A stretch of DNA of 49,569 nucleotides from Candidatus Eiseniibacteriota bacterium (GCA_031370785.1 JANMQY010000038.1:1-49569); one strand, 5' to 3'. Shown: positions 33,460-43,382, counted from the stretch's first letter. The notes: generated from the sequence alone by a model not told the origin. Program-made: numbers and translations.

Positions 33460-33649
33460 ATCGAGGCAGCGTCCGAGAGACGCGCCGCCAGTGCAGGGCG
33501 GTCGGACCTACAGCGGTTCGATCGAAGTACCCAGGCGAACGATCTCTGCCGTCACGACGAGAAAGACCGGAAGATCCGAGGGGCCGGTCCGGATCGTCAG
33601 AGGCGGCAGTATCGAAGCGGGGAGCGCAAGCTCCCCGCTTCACTTTTTT
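33460..33649 (+). ncRNA. Putative ~190-nt sigma54-dependent structured small RNA
   Basis: Bounded by the sigma54 promoter and a terminator. Contains no ATG. Folds into three short hairpins and one long interrupted hairpin. Confidence 0.6.
33614..33649 (+). terminator. Intrinsic terminator
   Basis: 12-bp stem GAAGCGGGGAGC/GCTCCCCGCTTC with a GCAA tetraloop, followed by ACTTTTTT. Confidence 0.85.
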
Positions 33650-33685
33650 CCCGCGATGCTCTGGCTCGAAGCTCGGCGCCGTTGT

Positions 33686-35446
33686 TCAGCGTCCGCGCCG
33701 CCTGCCGCGGCGCCCATAGCTGGGTCGCTGTGGCTCGGCGGGAGCGGGCGACTCGCGCTCGTGCGAGAACAGCGATCCCGGCGCCTGCTCGTGCTCATCG
33801 GAATCAGCCGGATCTTCAGAGGGCGACCGCGCCTCGCGGGCCCACGAGTCCTTGGGTCGATCCGCCTCCTCAAGCTCCGCGCTCTCGACCCACGACTCCC
33901 CGGTTTCCGCTGCTTCCCACCTCGGCTCGATCTCCCTTGCCGGGCGTTCCACCCGCTCGACGGCTGCGGCATCGCGCGAGGGCGGCGCGGGCGGATCCCA
34001 TGCGTAAGGATCGACGTGCCGGTCTTCGAGCGGACCATCGGGCCGCCCGACCTCCTCGTCGTCATCCTCTTCGTACGCCGGGGGGATCGGTTCGACCTCG
34101 TTGGACGGCTGGACCGGCGTGGTCGAGATCGCGCGGGGCACGCTCACTCTCGACTCGAAGCGCCGCGGCACGTCGCGATCGGATCCGACGGAGGAGCGGG
34201 GTTCGGTCCGCTCGACGCTTGCTCTGGGCTCGTCCAACTCCTCGTCCTCGCGCACGCTTTCGACTTCCGGCACGCGCGGGGGTAGAACGGGCGGCGGCAC
34301 AACCTGCTCGCGGGGCCTGCGACCGCGCCCTCCGCGGCGACCGCGACGGCGGCGGCCGCTTTCCACCTCGTCGCCTTCTCCGAGATCGACGGTCCCCGGC
34401 TGGACCGGAGCTGCGGACTGCGCCGGCGGGCGCGGGCTTCGTTCGCCCCGATCACCCCGCTCGACTCGCTCACCCCTTGGCTCACGATCGCGACGTGGCT
34501 CGCGCTCAGCGCGTGAGTCCCGCTCCGATCTCGGCTCGCGTTCGATGCGCGCCTCGCGCACGTCACGGGCGTCGCGCGCCTCGGTCTCCGATTCGTGCGG
34601 CGCTCCGACCTTCTCGAGTGCATCGCGCGCGGCAGCCTGCTCCGCTTCCTTCTTGTTTCGCCCCTTGCCCGAGCCGAGCATGCGCTTGCCCACCATCACC
34701 TCGACCAGGAACTGCTTCGAGTGATCCGGCCCCACCTCGCTGCGGATGCGATACACCGGATGGGTGTGGAAGGTGCTCTGCACGTACTCCTGCAGGTGGC
34801 TCTTGTAGTTGGTGTGGCGCTTGTCGGCCGCGATCTCGCGCGAGTCCTTGAGCAGCCAGCGATGGATGAAGGTGCGCGCCGCCTCGAAGCCCTGGTCCAG
34901 GTAGACCGCGCCCACCACCGACTCGAACGCGTCGGCGAGGATGGACAGCCGCTGCCGCCCGCCCGACTCGACCTCGGAGTGACTCATCAGCACGAAGCGC
35001 CCGAGACCCATGGCCAGGGCGCGCCGCGAGAGGATCGCCTTGGAGACCAGCAGCGACTTGGTCTTGGTGAGCTGGCCCTCGTGTTCGTCGGGGTGCTGGC
35101 GGTACAGGAACTCGCTGGTCACGAGCCCGAGCACGGAGTCGCCAAGGAATTCGAGGCGCTCGTTGGATTCGCGCGGACCCTGCCCGGTCACGCTCAGGTA
35201 CGAGCGGTGGGTCAGGGCCAGCTTGAGCAGCCCGGGGTCCTTGAACGTGAGGTCGTAGTGCGTGCAGAACTCCGCGATCGCGCGCGCTTCCTGCTCGCTC
35301 AGCGAACGCGGCCGCTCGCCGCGGATTCGCGGCGCCCGAAACAGGCTCTTCAGCCAGCTCCACAGCGAGAAGCTGCGGCGCGGAGGTTGCGGGCGCGGGC
35401 CGCCACGGCTGCGGCCGCGACCGCCGCGACGGCGGGAGCGGCCTAC
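33686..35446 (-). CDS. rnc: Ribonuclease III with a long disordered C-terminal extension; start codon uncertain
   Basis: ALTHRSY, NERLEFLGDSVL, ADAFESVVGAVYLD, dsRBD (NYKSHLQE...KKEAEQAAA). No in-frame ATG/GTG/TTG between the fabF stop and the catalytic core. Confidence 0.92.
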   Translation of the reverse strand, partial: VGRSRRRGGRGRSRGGPRPQPPRRSFSLWSWLKSLFRAPRIRGERPRSLSEQEARAIAEFCTHYDLTFKDPGLLKLALTHRSYLSVTGQGPRESNERLEFLGDSVLGLVTSEFLYRQHPDEHEGQLTKTKSLLVSKAILSRRALAMGLGRFVLMSHSEVESGGRQRLSILADAFESVVGAVYLDQGFEAARTFIHRWLLKDSREIAADKRHTNYKSHLQEYVQSTFHTHPVYRIRSEVGPDHSKQFLVEVMVGKRMLGSGKGRNKKEAEQAAARDALEKVGAPHESETEARDARDVREARIEREPRSERDSRAEREPRRDREPRGERVERGDRGERSPRPPAQSAAPVQPGTVDLGEGDEVESGRRRRGRRGGRGRRPREQVVPPPVLPPRVPEVESVREDEELDEPRASVERTEPRSSVGSDRDVPRRFESRVSVPRAISTTPVQPSNEVEPIPPAYEEDDDEEVGRPDGPLEDRHVDPYAWDPPAPPSRDAAAVERVERPAREIEPRWEAAETGESWVESAELEEADRPKDSWAREARSPSEDPADSDEHEQAPGSLFSHERESPAPAEPQRPSYGRRGRRRGR

Positions 35447-36690
35447 GCCGCCACGGCCTCCATCGCCAGAGTTACGTTGTGACCCCCGAACCCGAACGAG
35501 TTCGAGAGGGCGCCCTTCACGCGGAGCGTTCGGGCCTGATGGGGAATGAAGTCTAGGTCGCATTGTGGATCCGGTTTGTCCAGGTTGATCGTAGGTGGGA
35601 TGACCCCGCGCTTGAGCGCGAGAGCGGTGATGACCGCTTCGAGTCCGCCGGCGGCACCCAGCAGGTGGCCGGTCATGGACTTGGTGGAACCCATCATGAG
35701 ACGGCGGGCGTGATCCCCGAACACCGACTTCACCGCGACCACTTCGATGGGGTCGCCGGTGGGTGTCGATGTGCCGTGGGAATTGATATAGCCCACATCT
35801 TCCAGAGCCATGCCGGCGTCCTGAAGCGCGCGCTTCATCGCGCGCGCCGCGCCGTTCCCGTCCCCGCATGGGGCGGTCATGTGGTAGGCATCTCCGGAAG
35901 CGCCGTAGCCCGTGAGTTCACACAGGAGCGGTGCACCGCGTCGCCGGGCGTGTTCCTCGGTCTCGAGGATCACCACACCGGCCCCTTCGCCGAGCACGAA
36001 GCCGTCCCGGTCCTGGTCGAACGGACGGCTGGCTCGCTGAGGGTCATCGTTTCGGGTGGAAAGTGCGCGCATGTTGCCGAAGCCGGCAAGGGCCATCGGC
36101 GAGATGGTCGCTTCCGCACCGCCCGCGAGGATCACGTCGGCATCGCCCGCGCGCAGCAGGCGCAGGGCTTCGCCGATCGCATGCGCCCCTGAGGCGCACG
36201 CCGAGACGGTACAGAAATTCGGACCGCGGAGGCCGAACTGGATCGATACCAGCCCCGCCGCCATGTCCGAGATCATCATCGGGATGAAGAATGGACTCAC
36301 TCGTCCGTGACCCTTCTCCATGAGAATGGTGTGCTGGGTCTCGAACGTTTCCATGCCACCGATGCCCGAGCCGATGATGACACCGACGCGGTCGCGGTCG
36401 GTTCGCTCGAGATCGAGGCCGGAGTTCTTCAGCGCTTCGTGGCTGGCCACCACCGCAAACTGTACGAAGCGATCCATGCGCTTCGCGTCCTTGCGGTCGA
36501 TGACGCCTTCGGTGGTGAAGTTCTTGACCTCACACGCGAAGCGCGTCCCGTAGCCGGAGGCGTCGAACCGAGTGATCGGCCCGGCGCCGGACTTGCCGGC
36601 CACGAGATTCTTCCAGAACTCCTCGGTGTCGTTGCCGAGCGGCGAAACCACGCCGCCTGCGGTCACGAACACCCGGTGTCCATTCGACAT
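35443..36690 (-). CDS. fabF: 3-oxoacyl-ACP synthase II
   Basis: SACASG (Cys), NSHGTST, GHLLGAAG, NSFGFGG. Confidence 0.96.
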   Translation of the reverse strand: MSNGHRVFVTAGGVVSPLGNDTEEFWKNLVAGKSGAGPITRFDASGYGTRFACEVKNFTTEGVIDRKDAKRMDRFVQFAVVASHEALKNSGLDLERTDRDRVGVIIGSGIGGMETFETQHTILMEKGHGRVSPFFIPMMISDMAAGLVSIQFGLRGPNFCTVSACASGAHAIGEALRLLRAGDADVILAGGAEATISPMALAGFGNMRALSTRNDDPQRASRPFDQDRDGFVLGEGAGVVILETEEHARRRGAPLLCELTGYGASGDAYHMTAPCGDGNGAARAMKRALQDAGMALEDVGYINSHGTSTPTGDPIEVVAVKSVFGDHARRLMMGSTKSMTGHLLGAAGGLEAVITALALKRGVIPPTINLDKPDPQCDLDFIPHQARTLRVKGALSNSFGFGGHNVTLAMEAVAA

Positions 36691-36801
36691 GTGCGTCCTT
36701 CCCCTCGTGCTCGGCTGCCGGGCTGGCCGCGGCGCGGGCACCGCCCTCGGGGGCGATGTGCGCGCCTGCGGCCCCCAGCCACCGCGCCGTATGCTGCCGC
36801 T

Positions 36802-37044
36802 TTACGCGTTGGCGTGGGACTTCAGATAGTTCATCGCGTCGCCGACGGTCTTGAGCTTGTCGGCGTCCTCGTCCGGGATGTCGAGGCCGAATTCCTCCTC
36901 GAGCGCCATGACGAGCTCCACGATGTCGAGCGAATCCGCGCCGAGGTCCTCGATGAACTTGGCATCGGGCGTGAGCTGCTTGGTGTCGACCTCCAGCTCC
37001 TTTGCGATGATCTCCTTCACTCGATCTTCACTGAACGTTGCCAC
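36802..37044 (-). CDS. acpP: Acyl carrier protein
   Basis: [15 protein letters not shown] start after GGAGGTGA. Confidence 0.97.
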   Translation of the reverse strand: MATFSEDRVKEIIAKELEVDTKQLTPDAKFIEDLGADSLDIVELVMALEEEFGLDIPDEDADKLKTVGDAMNYLKSHANA

Positions 37045-37095
37045 TGATTTCACCTCCTGTGGGGGTTGGTAGGGACGCTGTCCTGCTGTGCCTGT

Positions 37096-37875
37096 TCACA
37101 TCACCATGCCGCCGTCCACGGTCCAGACCTGGCCCGTGACGTAGGCGGCGCGCGGCGTGCACAGGAACGCCACGACCTCGGCCACCTCCTCGGGTTTCCC
37201 GAGGCGACCAAGCGGAATCTTCGCCATCAGCTCGCGGCGCGCCTCTTCGGGGAGCGCCGCGGTCATGTCGGTCTCGATGAATCCGGGACACACCGCGTTG
37301 ACCGTCACCGCGCGCGCGCTCAGCTCGCGCGCGAGCGCCTTGGTCAGGCCGAGCAGTCCGGCCTTGGATGCGGCGTAGTTGACCTGCCCGGCGTTGCCCA
37401 TCAGGCCCACCACCGAGGAGATGTTCACGATCCTGCCATAACGCGCCTTCATCATGGTGCGGGCCACGGCCCGGCAGCAGCGAAACGCGCCCTTGAGATT
37501 GGTGTCGAGCACTTCGTCCCACTGCGCGTCGGTCATGCGCACGAACAGGCCATCGCGGGTGAGTCCGGCGTTGTTCACCAGCACGACGACGCGGCCGAAT
37601 GCCTCGAGCGCCGCGGCGAACGCGCTGTCCACCGATTCGGTCTTCGAGATGTCGGCGGCAAACGAGCGCACCTCGGGGCCGGCGCCGCGCAGAGATTCGA
37701 CCGCACCGGCGGCGCGCTCGACGCTGCGATTGAAGATCGCGATCCTCGCTCCGCGGCGCGCGAGCGCACCCGCAATCGCGAGCCCGATGCCGCTCGCACC
37801 GCCGGTCACGAACGCCACCTGACCGTCGAGATCGCGCTCGTGTCCGCTCACCGCTGCGCCCTGGGCCTGAGTCAC
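37096..37875 (-). CDS. fabG: 3-oxoacyl-ACP reductase
   Basis: TGGASGIG, NNAG, YAASK. Confidence 0.95.
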   Translation of the reverse strand: MTQAQGAAVSGHERDLDGQVAFVTGGASGIGLAIAGALARRGARIAIFNRSVERAAGAVESLRGAGPEVRSFAADISKTESVDSAFAAALEAFGRVVVLVNNAGLTRDGLFVRMTDAQWDEVLDTNLKGAFRCCRAVARTMMKARYGRIVNISSVVGLMGNAGQVNYAASKAGLLGLTKALARELSARAVTVNAVCPGFIETDMTAALPEEARRELMAKIPLGRLGKPEEVAEVVAFLCTPRAAYVTGQVWTVDGGMVM

Positions 37876-38831
37876 GAGCTCCTTCCCGCCGCGGGTGATC
37901 CCGCGCCCAGCGCAGTCAGCGTGGCGGTCAGACTCTCCGGATCCTCGATGTTCCAGCTCGGGGTGTGCGCGCTCACGGTGCGGAGCAGGCCGCGCAGCAC
38001 CCGGCCGGTTCCGAGCTCGACGCAGCCCTCGACTCCGGCCGCGAGCAGCGTGTGCAGCGAGTCCTCCCAGCGCACCGCGCCGAGCAGCTGGGCCTTGAGC
38101 GCGGCGCGAATCTCGGCAGCGCGCTGAACCGGTGCGGCCGAGACGTTGGCGATGATCGGGCAGCGCGCGTCGCGGATCTCGACGGCGTCGAGCGCTTCGG
38201 CGAGCCCGGTCGCGGCCGACGCCATCAGTGGCGAATGGAACGCGCCGCTCACCTCGAGACGGATCGCGCGCCGTGCGCCTGCGGCCTTCGCCAGCTCGCA
38301 GGCCTTCTCGACACCCTCAATCGTGCCCGAGATCACGACCTGTCCCGGCGCATTGAGGTTGGCCGGGACGACCACCCCCACGACCGAGGCATCCGCGCAC
38401 ACCGACTCGACCTGTTCGCGGGTGAGTCCCAGGATTGCTGCCATGGTGCCGGGCCGATCCAGCCCGGCCTGGTACATGAGCGCGCCGCGTCTCTGGGTGA
38501 GGCGCAACGCATCCTCGAACTCGAGCGCGCCCGCCGCGACGCACGCGGAGTATTCGCCGAGGCTGTGCCCGGCAACCCAGCTCGGCTTCACTCCCGCGGA
38601 ATCGATCAGACGCCACGCGGCGACGCTGTGCGTGAGCAGCGCGGGCTGCGTGTTGACGGTCTTGCGCAGATCCTCTTCCGGCCCGCTCCAGCACAGCGCC
38701 GAGAGCGCAAAGCCCAGCGCCCGGTCAGCGGTGGCAAAGACCTCGCGCGCGACCGGATGGGCCTGCGCGAGCGTAGCCCCCATTCCGACCGCCTGCGCGC
38801 CCTGCCCCGGGAACAGGAAGGCCAGCTTCAT
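37872..38831 (-). CDS. fabD: Malonyl-CoA:ACP transacylase
   Basis: FPGQGAQ, GHSLGEY, SGAFHS. Confidence 0.96.
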   Translation of the reverse strand: MKLAFLFPGQGAQAVGMGATLAQAHPVAREVFATADRALGFALSALCWSGPEEDLRKTVNTQPALLTHSVAAWRLIDSAGVKPSWVAGHSLGEYSACVAAGALEFEDALRLTQRRGALMYQAGLDRPGTMAAILGLTREQVESVCADASVVGVVVPANLNAPGQVVISGTIEGVEKACELAKAAGARRAIRLEVSGAFHSPLMASAATGLAEALDAVEIRDARCPIIANVSAAPVQRAAEIRAALKAQLLGAVRWEDSLHTLLAAGVEGCVELGTGRVLRGLLRTVSAHTPSWNIEDPESLTATLTALGAGSPAAGRSS

Positions 38832-39895
38832 GACCTCACTCCGTTCACGGTCGCGGCCTGCTCGGCCATCTTCGCCGTGCCCGGCAGCGCGAGCGTCCAG
38901 CGCATGACGCTGGCGCCCCACGTCGCGCCGCCACCGAACGCGGCGAATCCGACGTTGTCGCCGGGCTTGAGCCGGCCGGCGCGCACCACTTCGTCGAGCG
39001 TGATCGGGATCGAGGCCGACGAAGTGTTCCCGTAACGGTCGATGTTGACGATCATCTTCTCCGCAGGAAGCGACATCCGCTCGCGAACCGCATCGATGAT
39101 GCGCAGGTTCGCCTGATGCGGGATCACCATCTCGAGGTCCTCGACGCCGAGCCCGGCACGCTTGAGCGAAAGGCGCAGGCTTTCCTCCATCGCGCGCACC
39201 GCGAACGGAAACAGCCGCTTGCCGTGCATGCGGATGTAGTGCTCGCGCGCGCGAACGGTCTGTTCGCTGGCGGGATTGCGCGAAATGCCGGCCGGCACCT
39301 CGAGCACCTCACCCAGCTCGCCGTCGCTGTGCATCTCGACCGCGAGCAGCCCCTCGCCGGCCGCGCACGGCCGCATCACCACCGCGCCGGCGCCGTCGCC
39401 GAACAGCACGCAGGTGTTGCGGTCGGTGTAGTCGGTCACGCGCGAGAGGGTCTCGACTCCGACCACGAGGACGTTGTCGGCGATCCGGCCGGCGATCAGC
39501 CCCTGCGCAATGCCCAGTCCGAACACGAATCCGGTGCAGGCCGCGAACACGTCGTAGGCGGCCGCATTCGAGGCGCCCAGCTTCTGCTGCAGCGTACACG
39601 CGCAGGAAGGCAGGATGCGGTCGGGGGTCGTCGTCACAAGGACGATGTGTTGCACCTCGGTCGGCAGCATCTGCGCCATCTCGAGCGCCCTGCGCACCGC
39701 GATCAGCGCGAGGTCCGAAGACGCCTGCTCGGGAGCGGCGATGCGCCGTTCGCGAATGCCGGTGCGCTCGACGATCCATTCGTCCGAGGTTTCCACCATG
39801 CGCTCCAGATCGAGGTTGGAGAGCACGCGGTCCGGAACGTACATCCCAGTGCCGGTGATGGTGGCGCCCCGCACGACTTCAGGCCGCGGTGACAT
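38828..39895 (-). CDS. fabH: 3-oxoacyl-ACP synthase III
   Basis: ERTGIRERR, AACTGF, PHQAN, GNTSSAS. Confidence 0.96.
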   Translation of the reverse strand: MSPRPEVVRGATITGTGMYVPDRVLSNLDLERMVETSDEWIVERTGIRERRIAAPEQASSDLALIAVRRALEMAQMLPTEVQHIVLVTTTPDRILPSCACTLQQKLGASNAAAYDVFAACTGFVFGLGIAQGLIAGRIADNVLVVGVETLSRVTDYTDRNTCVLFGDGAGAVVMRPCAAGEGLLAVEMHSDGELGEVLEVPAGISRNPASEQTVRAREHYIRMHGKRLFPFAVRAMEESLRLSLKRAGLGVEDLEMVIPHQANLRIIDAVRERMSLPAEKMIVNIDRYGNTSSASIPITLDEVVRAGRLKPGDNVGFAAFGGGATWGASVMRWTLALPGTAKMAEQAATVNGVRS

Positions 39896-40904
39896 GATCG
39901 GACTGGATCTCCTCGCGGATGTGCTCGTTCACCCGCTCGCCGACGAACTGGGTCAGCGTTCGGATCGCGCTCTTGATGGCTTTGGGGCGGCTCGACCCGT
40001 GGCCGACGAAGCACACGCCATTCACGCCCAGCAGCGGAGCGGCGCCGTGCTCCTCCCAGTCGAGCGAAGCGCGGAGCCGGCGGAGCGCGGGCGCCATGAA
40101 CACCACGCCGAACCTCGCCATCAGATCGTGCTCGATCTCCTGGCGGATCTTGTGTCCGAGCAGCGACGCGACGCTCTCGGCGGTCTTGAGCACGACGTTG
40201 CCGGTGAAGCCGTCGGTCACGACCACGTCGCAGGTGCCCTTGAACACGTCGCGGCCTTCGACGTTGCCGATGAAATTCAGGTGACGGGCGCGGCGAAGCA
40301 GAGGGTGGGTCTCGAGTACGAGGTCGTTGCCCTTGTTCTCCTCTTCGCCGATCGACAGCAGGCCGACACTGGGATTCTCGCGACCCAGCAGGTAACGCGC
40401 GTAGACCGAGCCCATGTGCGCGAACTGGACGAGGTAATTCGCCTTGCACACCGCGTTCGCGCCGACGTCCAGCACGACCGAGCCCTGCCTGGCATTGGGA
40501 AAGAACGCGGCGAGCGCGGGGCGCGAGACGCCCTCCAGCCGGCCGAGGCCAATGGTGGCGGCCGCGACCACCGCGCCGGTGTTGCCGGCGCTGAAGATCG
40601 CGTCGACCTCGCCATCCTTGTGGAGCTGGGTCAGAACGCCGAGCGAGGAGCGGCTCTTGCGACGCACCGCGGCCGCCGCCTTCTCGGCCATCTCGATCTT
40701 CTCTGGCGCGTGAACGACCTCGATCGGGAGATGCTGCGCCCTGGCGTGCTTGAGCCCGGCGCGGATCTCGGTCTCATCGCCGACCAGCGTCATGTGGAAC
40801 TGGCCGGGCATCTCCTTGAACGCGAGCGCGGTCCCAAGAGCGACCACGGAGGGACCGAAATCGCCACCCATCGCGTCGATGCCGATGCGCGGGATCGGGG
40901 TCAT
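39879..40904 (-). CDS. plsX: Phosphate acyltransferase
   Basis: IDAMGGDFGP, SAGNTGA, VTDGFTGNV, HGSS. Confidence 0.96.
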   Translation of the reverse strand: MTPIPRIGIDAMGGDFGPSVVALGTALAFKEMPGQFHMTLVGDETEIRAGLKHARAQHLPIEVVHAPEKIEMAEKAAAAVRRKSRSSLGVLTQLHKDGEVDAIFSAGNTGAVVAAATIGLGRLEGVSRPALAAFFPNARQGSVVLDVGANAVCKANYLVQFAHMGSVYARYLLGRENPSVGLLSIGEEENKGNDLVLETHPLLRRARHLNFIGNVEGRDVFKGTCDVVVTDGFTGNVVLKTAESVASLLGHKIRQEIEHDLMARFGVVFMAPALRRLRASLDWEEHGAAPLLGVNGVCFVGHGSSRPKAIKSAIRTLTQFVGERVNEHIREEIQSDHVTAA

Positions 40905-40925
40905 CTCGGACGGCCTCGGGCCGCG

Positions 40926-41108
40926 CTACTCGTCACGCGGCGGAACGATCTCTTCGCCGTCGTAATAGCCGCAATTCGCACAGACGCGGTGCGGCTGCTT
41001 GGGACTGCTGCAGTGGCTGCAGGTGTTCAGACCGACACGCTTCAGCTTCCAGCCGGTGCGACGCTTCTTGCCGCGGGTGCTGGAGTGTCGACGCTTGGGA
41101 ACCGCCAT
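40926..41108 (-). CDS. rpmF: 50S ribosomal protein L32 (Zn-binding type)
   Basis: MAVPKRRHS with CxxC...CxxC. Confidence 0.96.
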   Translation of the reverse strand: MAVPKRRHSSTRGKKRRTGWKLKRVGLNTCSHCSSPKQPHRVCANCGYYDGEEIVPPRDE

Positions 41109-41156
41109 GAAACCATCCTCCTGAAGAACCGGGTGAGGCTTGAGGCCGCGAGGCTC

Positions 41157-41630
41157 TCAGTCCTGGCAGCTGCACGGAGCCTCGTTGAGGTCCGCGCCGC
41201 AACGTGGACAGAGACCGCGGCACAGCTCCCGGCAGCGGGGAGCCATCGGGATCTCGAGCAACAGGGTTTCGCGAGCGTGCTCGCGAAGGTCCAGCCGTCG
41301 ACCATCGTGAAACAACATGAATCTATCGCGCTCGAGGACCTTTTCGTCCCCGGAACGCCGTCCACTGCCTGAACGCTCGGCATATGCCTCGAACGGCACC
41401 TGAAGCGGCAACTCGAAGTCGCGCAGACAGCGCACGCACTCGAGCTGCGCAACTGCGACGAGCTTGCCTCGAACCGAGATCTGCTCGCCGCTGAGGTCCA
41501 GATCGAGCTCAGCGTGCACCTTCCATGGCCACTGCCCGACGGGCAGGCCGAGCTCAACAGCCTCGGACTCGAGAAGAGCCCGGCTCGCACCCCTGGGAAG
41601 CGTCGCCAGGTCCATGATGAACCCGGACAT
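41157..41630 (-). CDS. yceD: YceD/DUF177 family protein
   Basis: ECVRCL and CRELCRGLCPRCGADLN; lies upstream of rpmF. Confidence 0.9.
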   Translation of the reverse strand: MSGFIMDLATLPRGASRALLESEAVELGLPVGQWPWKVHAELDLDLSGEQISVRGKLVAVAQLECVRCLRDFELPLQVPFEAYAERSGSGRRSGDEKVLERDRFMLFHDGRRLDLREHARETLLLEIPMAPRCRELCRGLCPRCGADLNEAPCSCQD

Positions 41631-41765
41631 CACGAGAGAAGTCCGCTGCGGCAGGATGCGAGATGTCGGCACGTTAACACAGGCTCGAGAACCTCGTCTA
41701 GGCGCCTCACTGCGAGACACTTGCCGGGTCCTGGCGGACCCGGGAGAGGGCTCCCGGACGCCCCC

Positions 41766-42188
41766 CTAGCGCGAAAGCGCCGCGACGCCAAAGAACAGTT
41801 TCACCTCGCGGTCGGCACTGGCGAGGCTGTCGGATGCGTGGACCGAGTTCATCTGCTTGCTCTGTCCGAACAGCTGGCGGACGGTGCCCGGCGCGGCCTG
41901 GGCCGGATCGGTCGCGCCCACCACCTCACGCAGGGTCCGGACCGCATCCTCGCGCTCGAGGCAGGTCAGGAGCACCGGTCCCGAGGTCATGTACTCCACC
42001 AGGTCGTTGAAGAACGGCTTGCCCTGATGCTCGGAGTAGAACGTCTGGGCCTCGTCGCGGGTCATTCGCGAGAAGCGGGCCTCGGCGATGCGGTACCCCT
42101 TGTCTTCGACGTGCGCCAGGATCTTGCCGATCAGGCGGCGCTCGACGGCGTCGGGTTTGATGATGAACAGGGTGCGTTCCAGAGCCAA
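41766..42188 (-). CDS. ndk: Nucleoside diphosphate kinase
   Basis: IIKPDAV, YMTSGP, NSVHASDS. Confidence 0.96.
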   Translation of the reverse strand: MALERTLFIIKPDAVERRLIGKILAHVEDKGYRIAEARFSRMTRDEAQTFYSEHQGKPFFNDLVEYMTSGPVLLTCLEREDAVRTLREVVGATDPAQAAPGTVRQLFGQSKQMNSVHASDSLASADREVKLFFGVAALSR

Positions 42189-42249
42189 CGGAGTTCTCCT
42201 TCCAGTCGTAGGATCCTTGAACCGGATCCCGGTGAGTGCTTTCGAAGCT

Positions 42250-43382
42250 TCAGCGCCCGGAGCGTACCCGCGCTCGACGGGCGCCTGCTGTCGAGCTGGT
42301 CTTTGTGGCGCCGCGCTTGGGCGCGGCCGCGCGCCGCGAGGGCTTGCGCAAGGGCCTCCGACTACCGTTGGATGCGGAGCGGAGCGCCGATTTCGACTTG
42401 GAGCCCGACCGCGCGAGGCGCCTGCCCGCCTTCTTCGCGGTCGACTTGACCGCGCCGTTCCTGGCGCGTGCGCGCCGCCGCCCGAGCACCTCGCCGATCA
42501 GGCCCGGAATCTCGGAGGGAATGCGCGCCACCGGAACTCCGGCGGCCTCGAACGCGGCCATCTTTTCCGCAGCGGTGCCGCTCCCGCCCGAGATGATCGC
42601 GCCCGCGTGACCCATGCGCTTGCCCGCAGGCGCGGTCTGCCCGGCGATGAACGCCACGACCGGCTTCTTCACGTGCCTGCGGATGAACTGCGCGGCCTCT
42701 TCCTCGTCGCTGCCGCCGATCTCGCCCATCAGCACGATCCCCTCGGTCTGCGGATCGGCCTCGAACAGGGCAAGCGCTTCGATGAAGCTGGTGCCGATCA
42801 CCGGATCGCCGCCGATACCGAGGCACGTGGTCTGCCCGAGCCCGGCGCGGCTCAGCTGGTGCACCACTTCGTAGGTGAGGGTTCCGCTGCGCGAGACCAC
42901 GCCGATCGGGCCCGGCTTGCAGATGTGGCCCGGCAGGATGCCCACCTTGGAGAGGCCGGGGCTGATCAGGCCCGGGCAGTTGGGACCGATCAGGCGCGGC
43001 CGGCCGTTCGCAGGCCCCGCGCCGTCCTCGCCCTTGCGGCGCATGCCGGCGACGTGGTGATAGGCGGCGACCGCGTCGCGCACCGGAATGCCTTCGGTGA
43101 TGCACACGATCAGAGCGATCCCGGCATCGGCGGCCTCGAAGATCGCGTCGGCCGCGAACGGGGCCGGCACGTAGATCACTGAAGTATTGGCCCTGGTCGC
43201 GGCGACCGCCTCGACCACGCCGTCGAACACCGGAACGCCGTGCACCTTTCCCCCGCCCTTGCCGGGGGTCACTCCCGCCACCACGCGCGTGCCGTACTTG
43301 ACCATCTGGTCGGTGTGAAACGCGCCGTCACGGCCGGTGATGCCCTGCACGACCAGCCGGGTGTTGCGGTCGATCAGGATGC

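Noticed and set aside
33460..33649. Identification of the RNA as 6S, SRP, tmRNA or a CsrB/Rsm-type RNA
   Set aside because: There is no end-to-end rod with a central bubble, no SRP GGAA-loop domain and no tRNA-like ends. GGA motifs are few and not repeatedly presented in hairpin loops.
33360..33719. Small ORFs across the activator-rnc gap (33360-33719 +, 33404-33643 -, 33421-34851 +)
   Set aside because: They have no RBS or motifs and run through the promoter and terminator. An RNA explains the region better.
34440..34580. Quasi-periodic repeats inside rnc
   Set aside because: These are coding R/E/P repeats, with no identical direct repeats separated by unique spacers and no cas genes.
41721..41760. 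Overlapping hairpins between ndk and yceD
   Set aside because: GC-rich stems without a U-tract or recognisable motif. They may be a weak terminator, but the evidence is insufficient.
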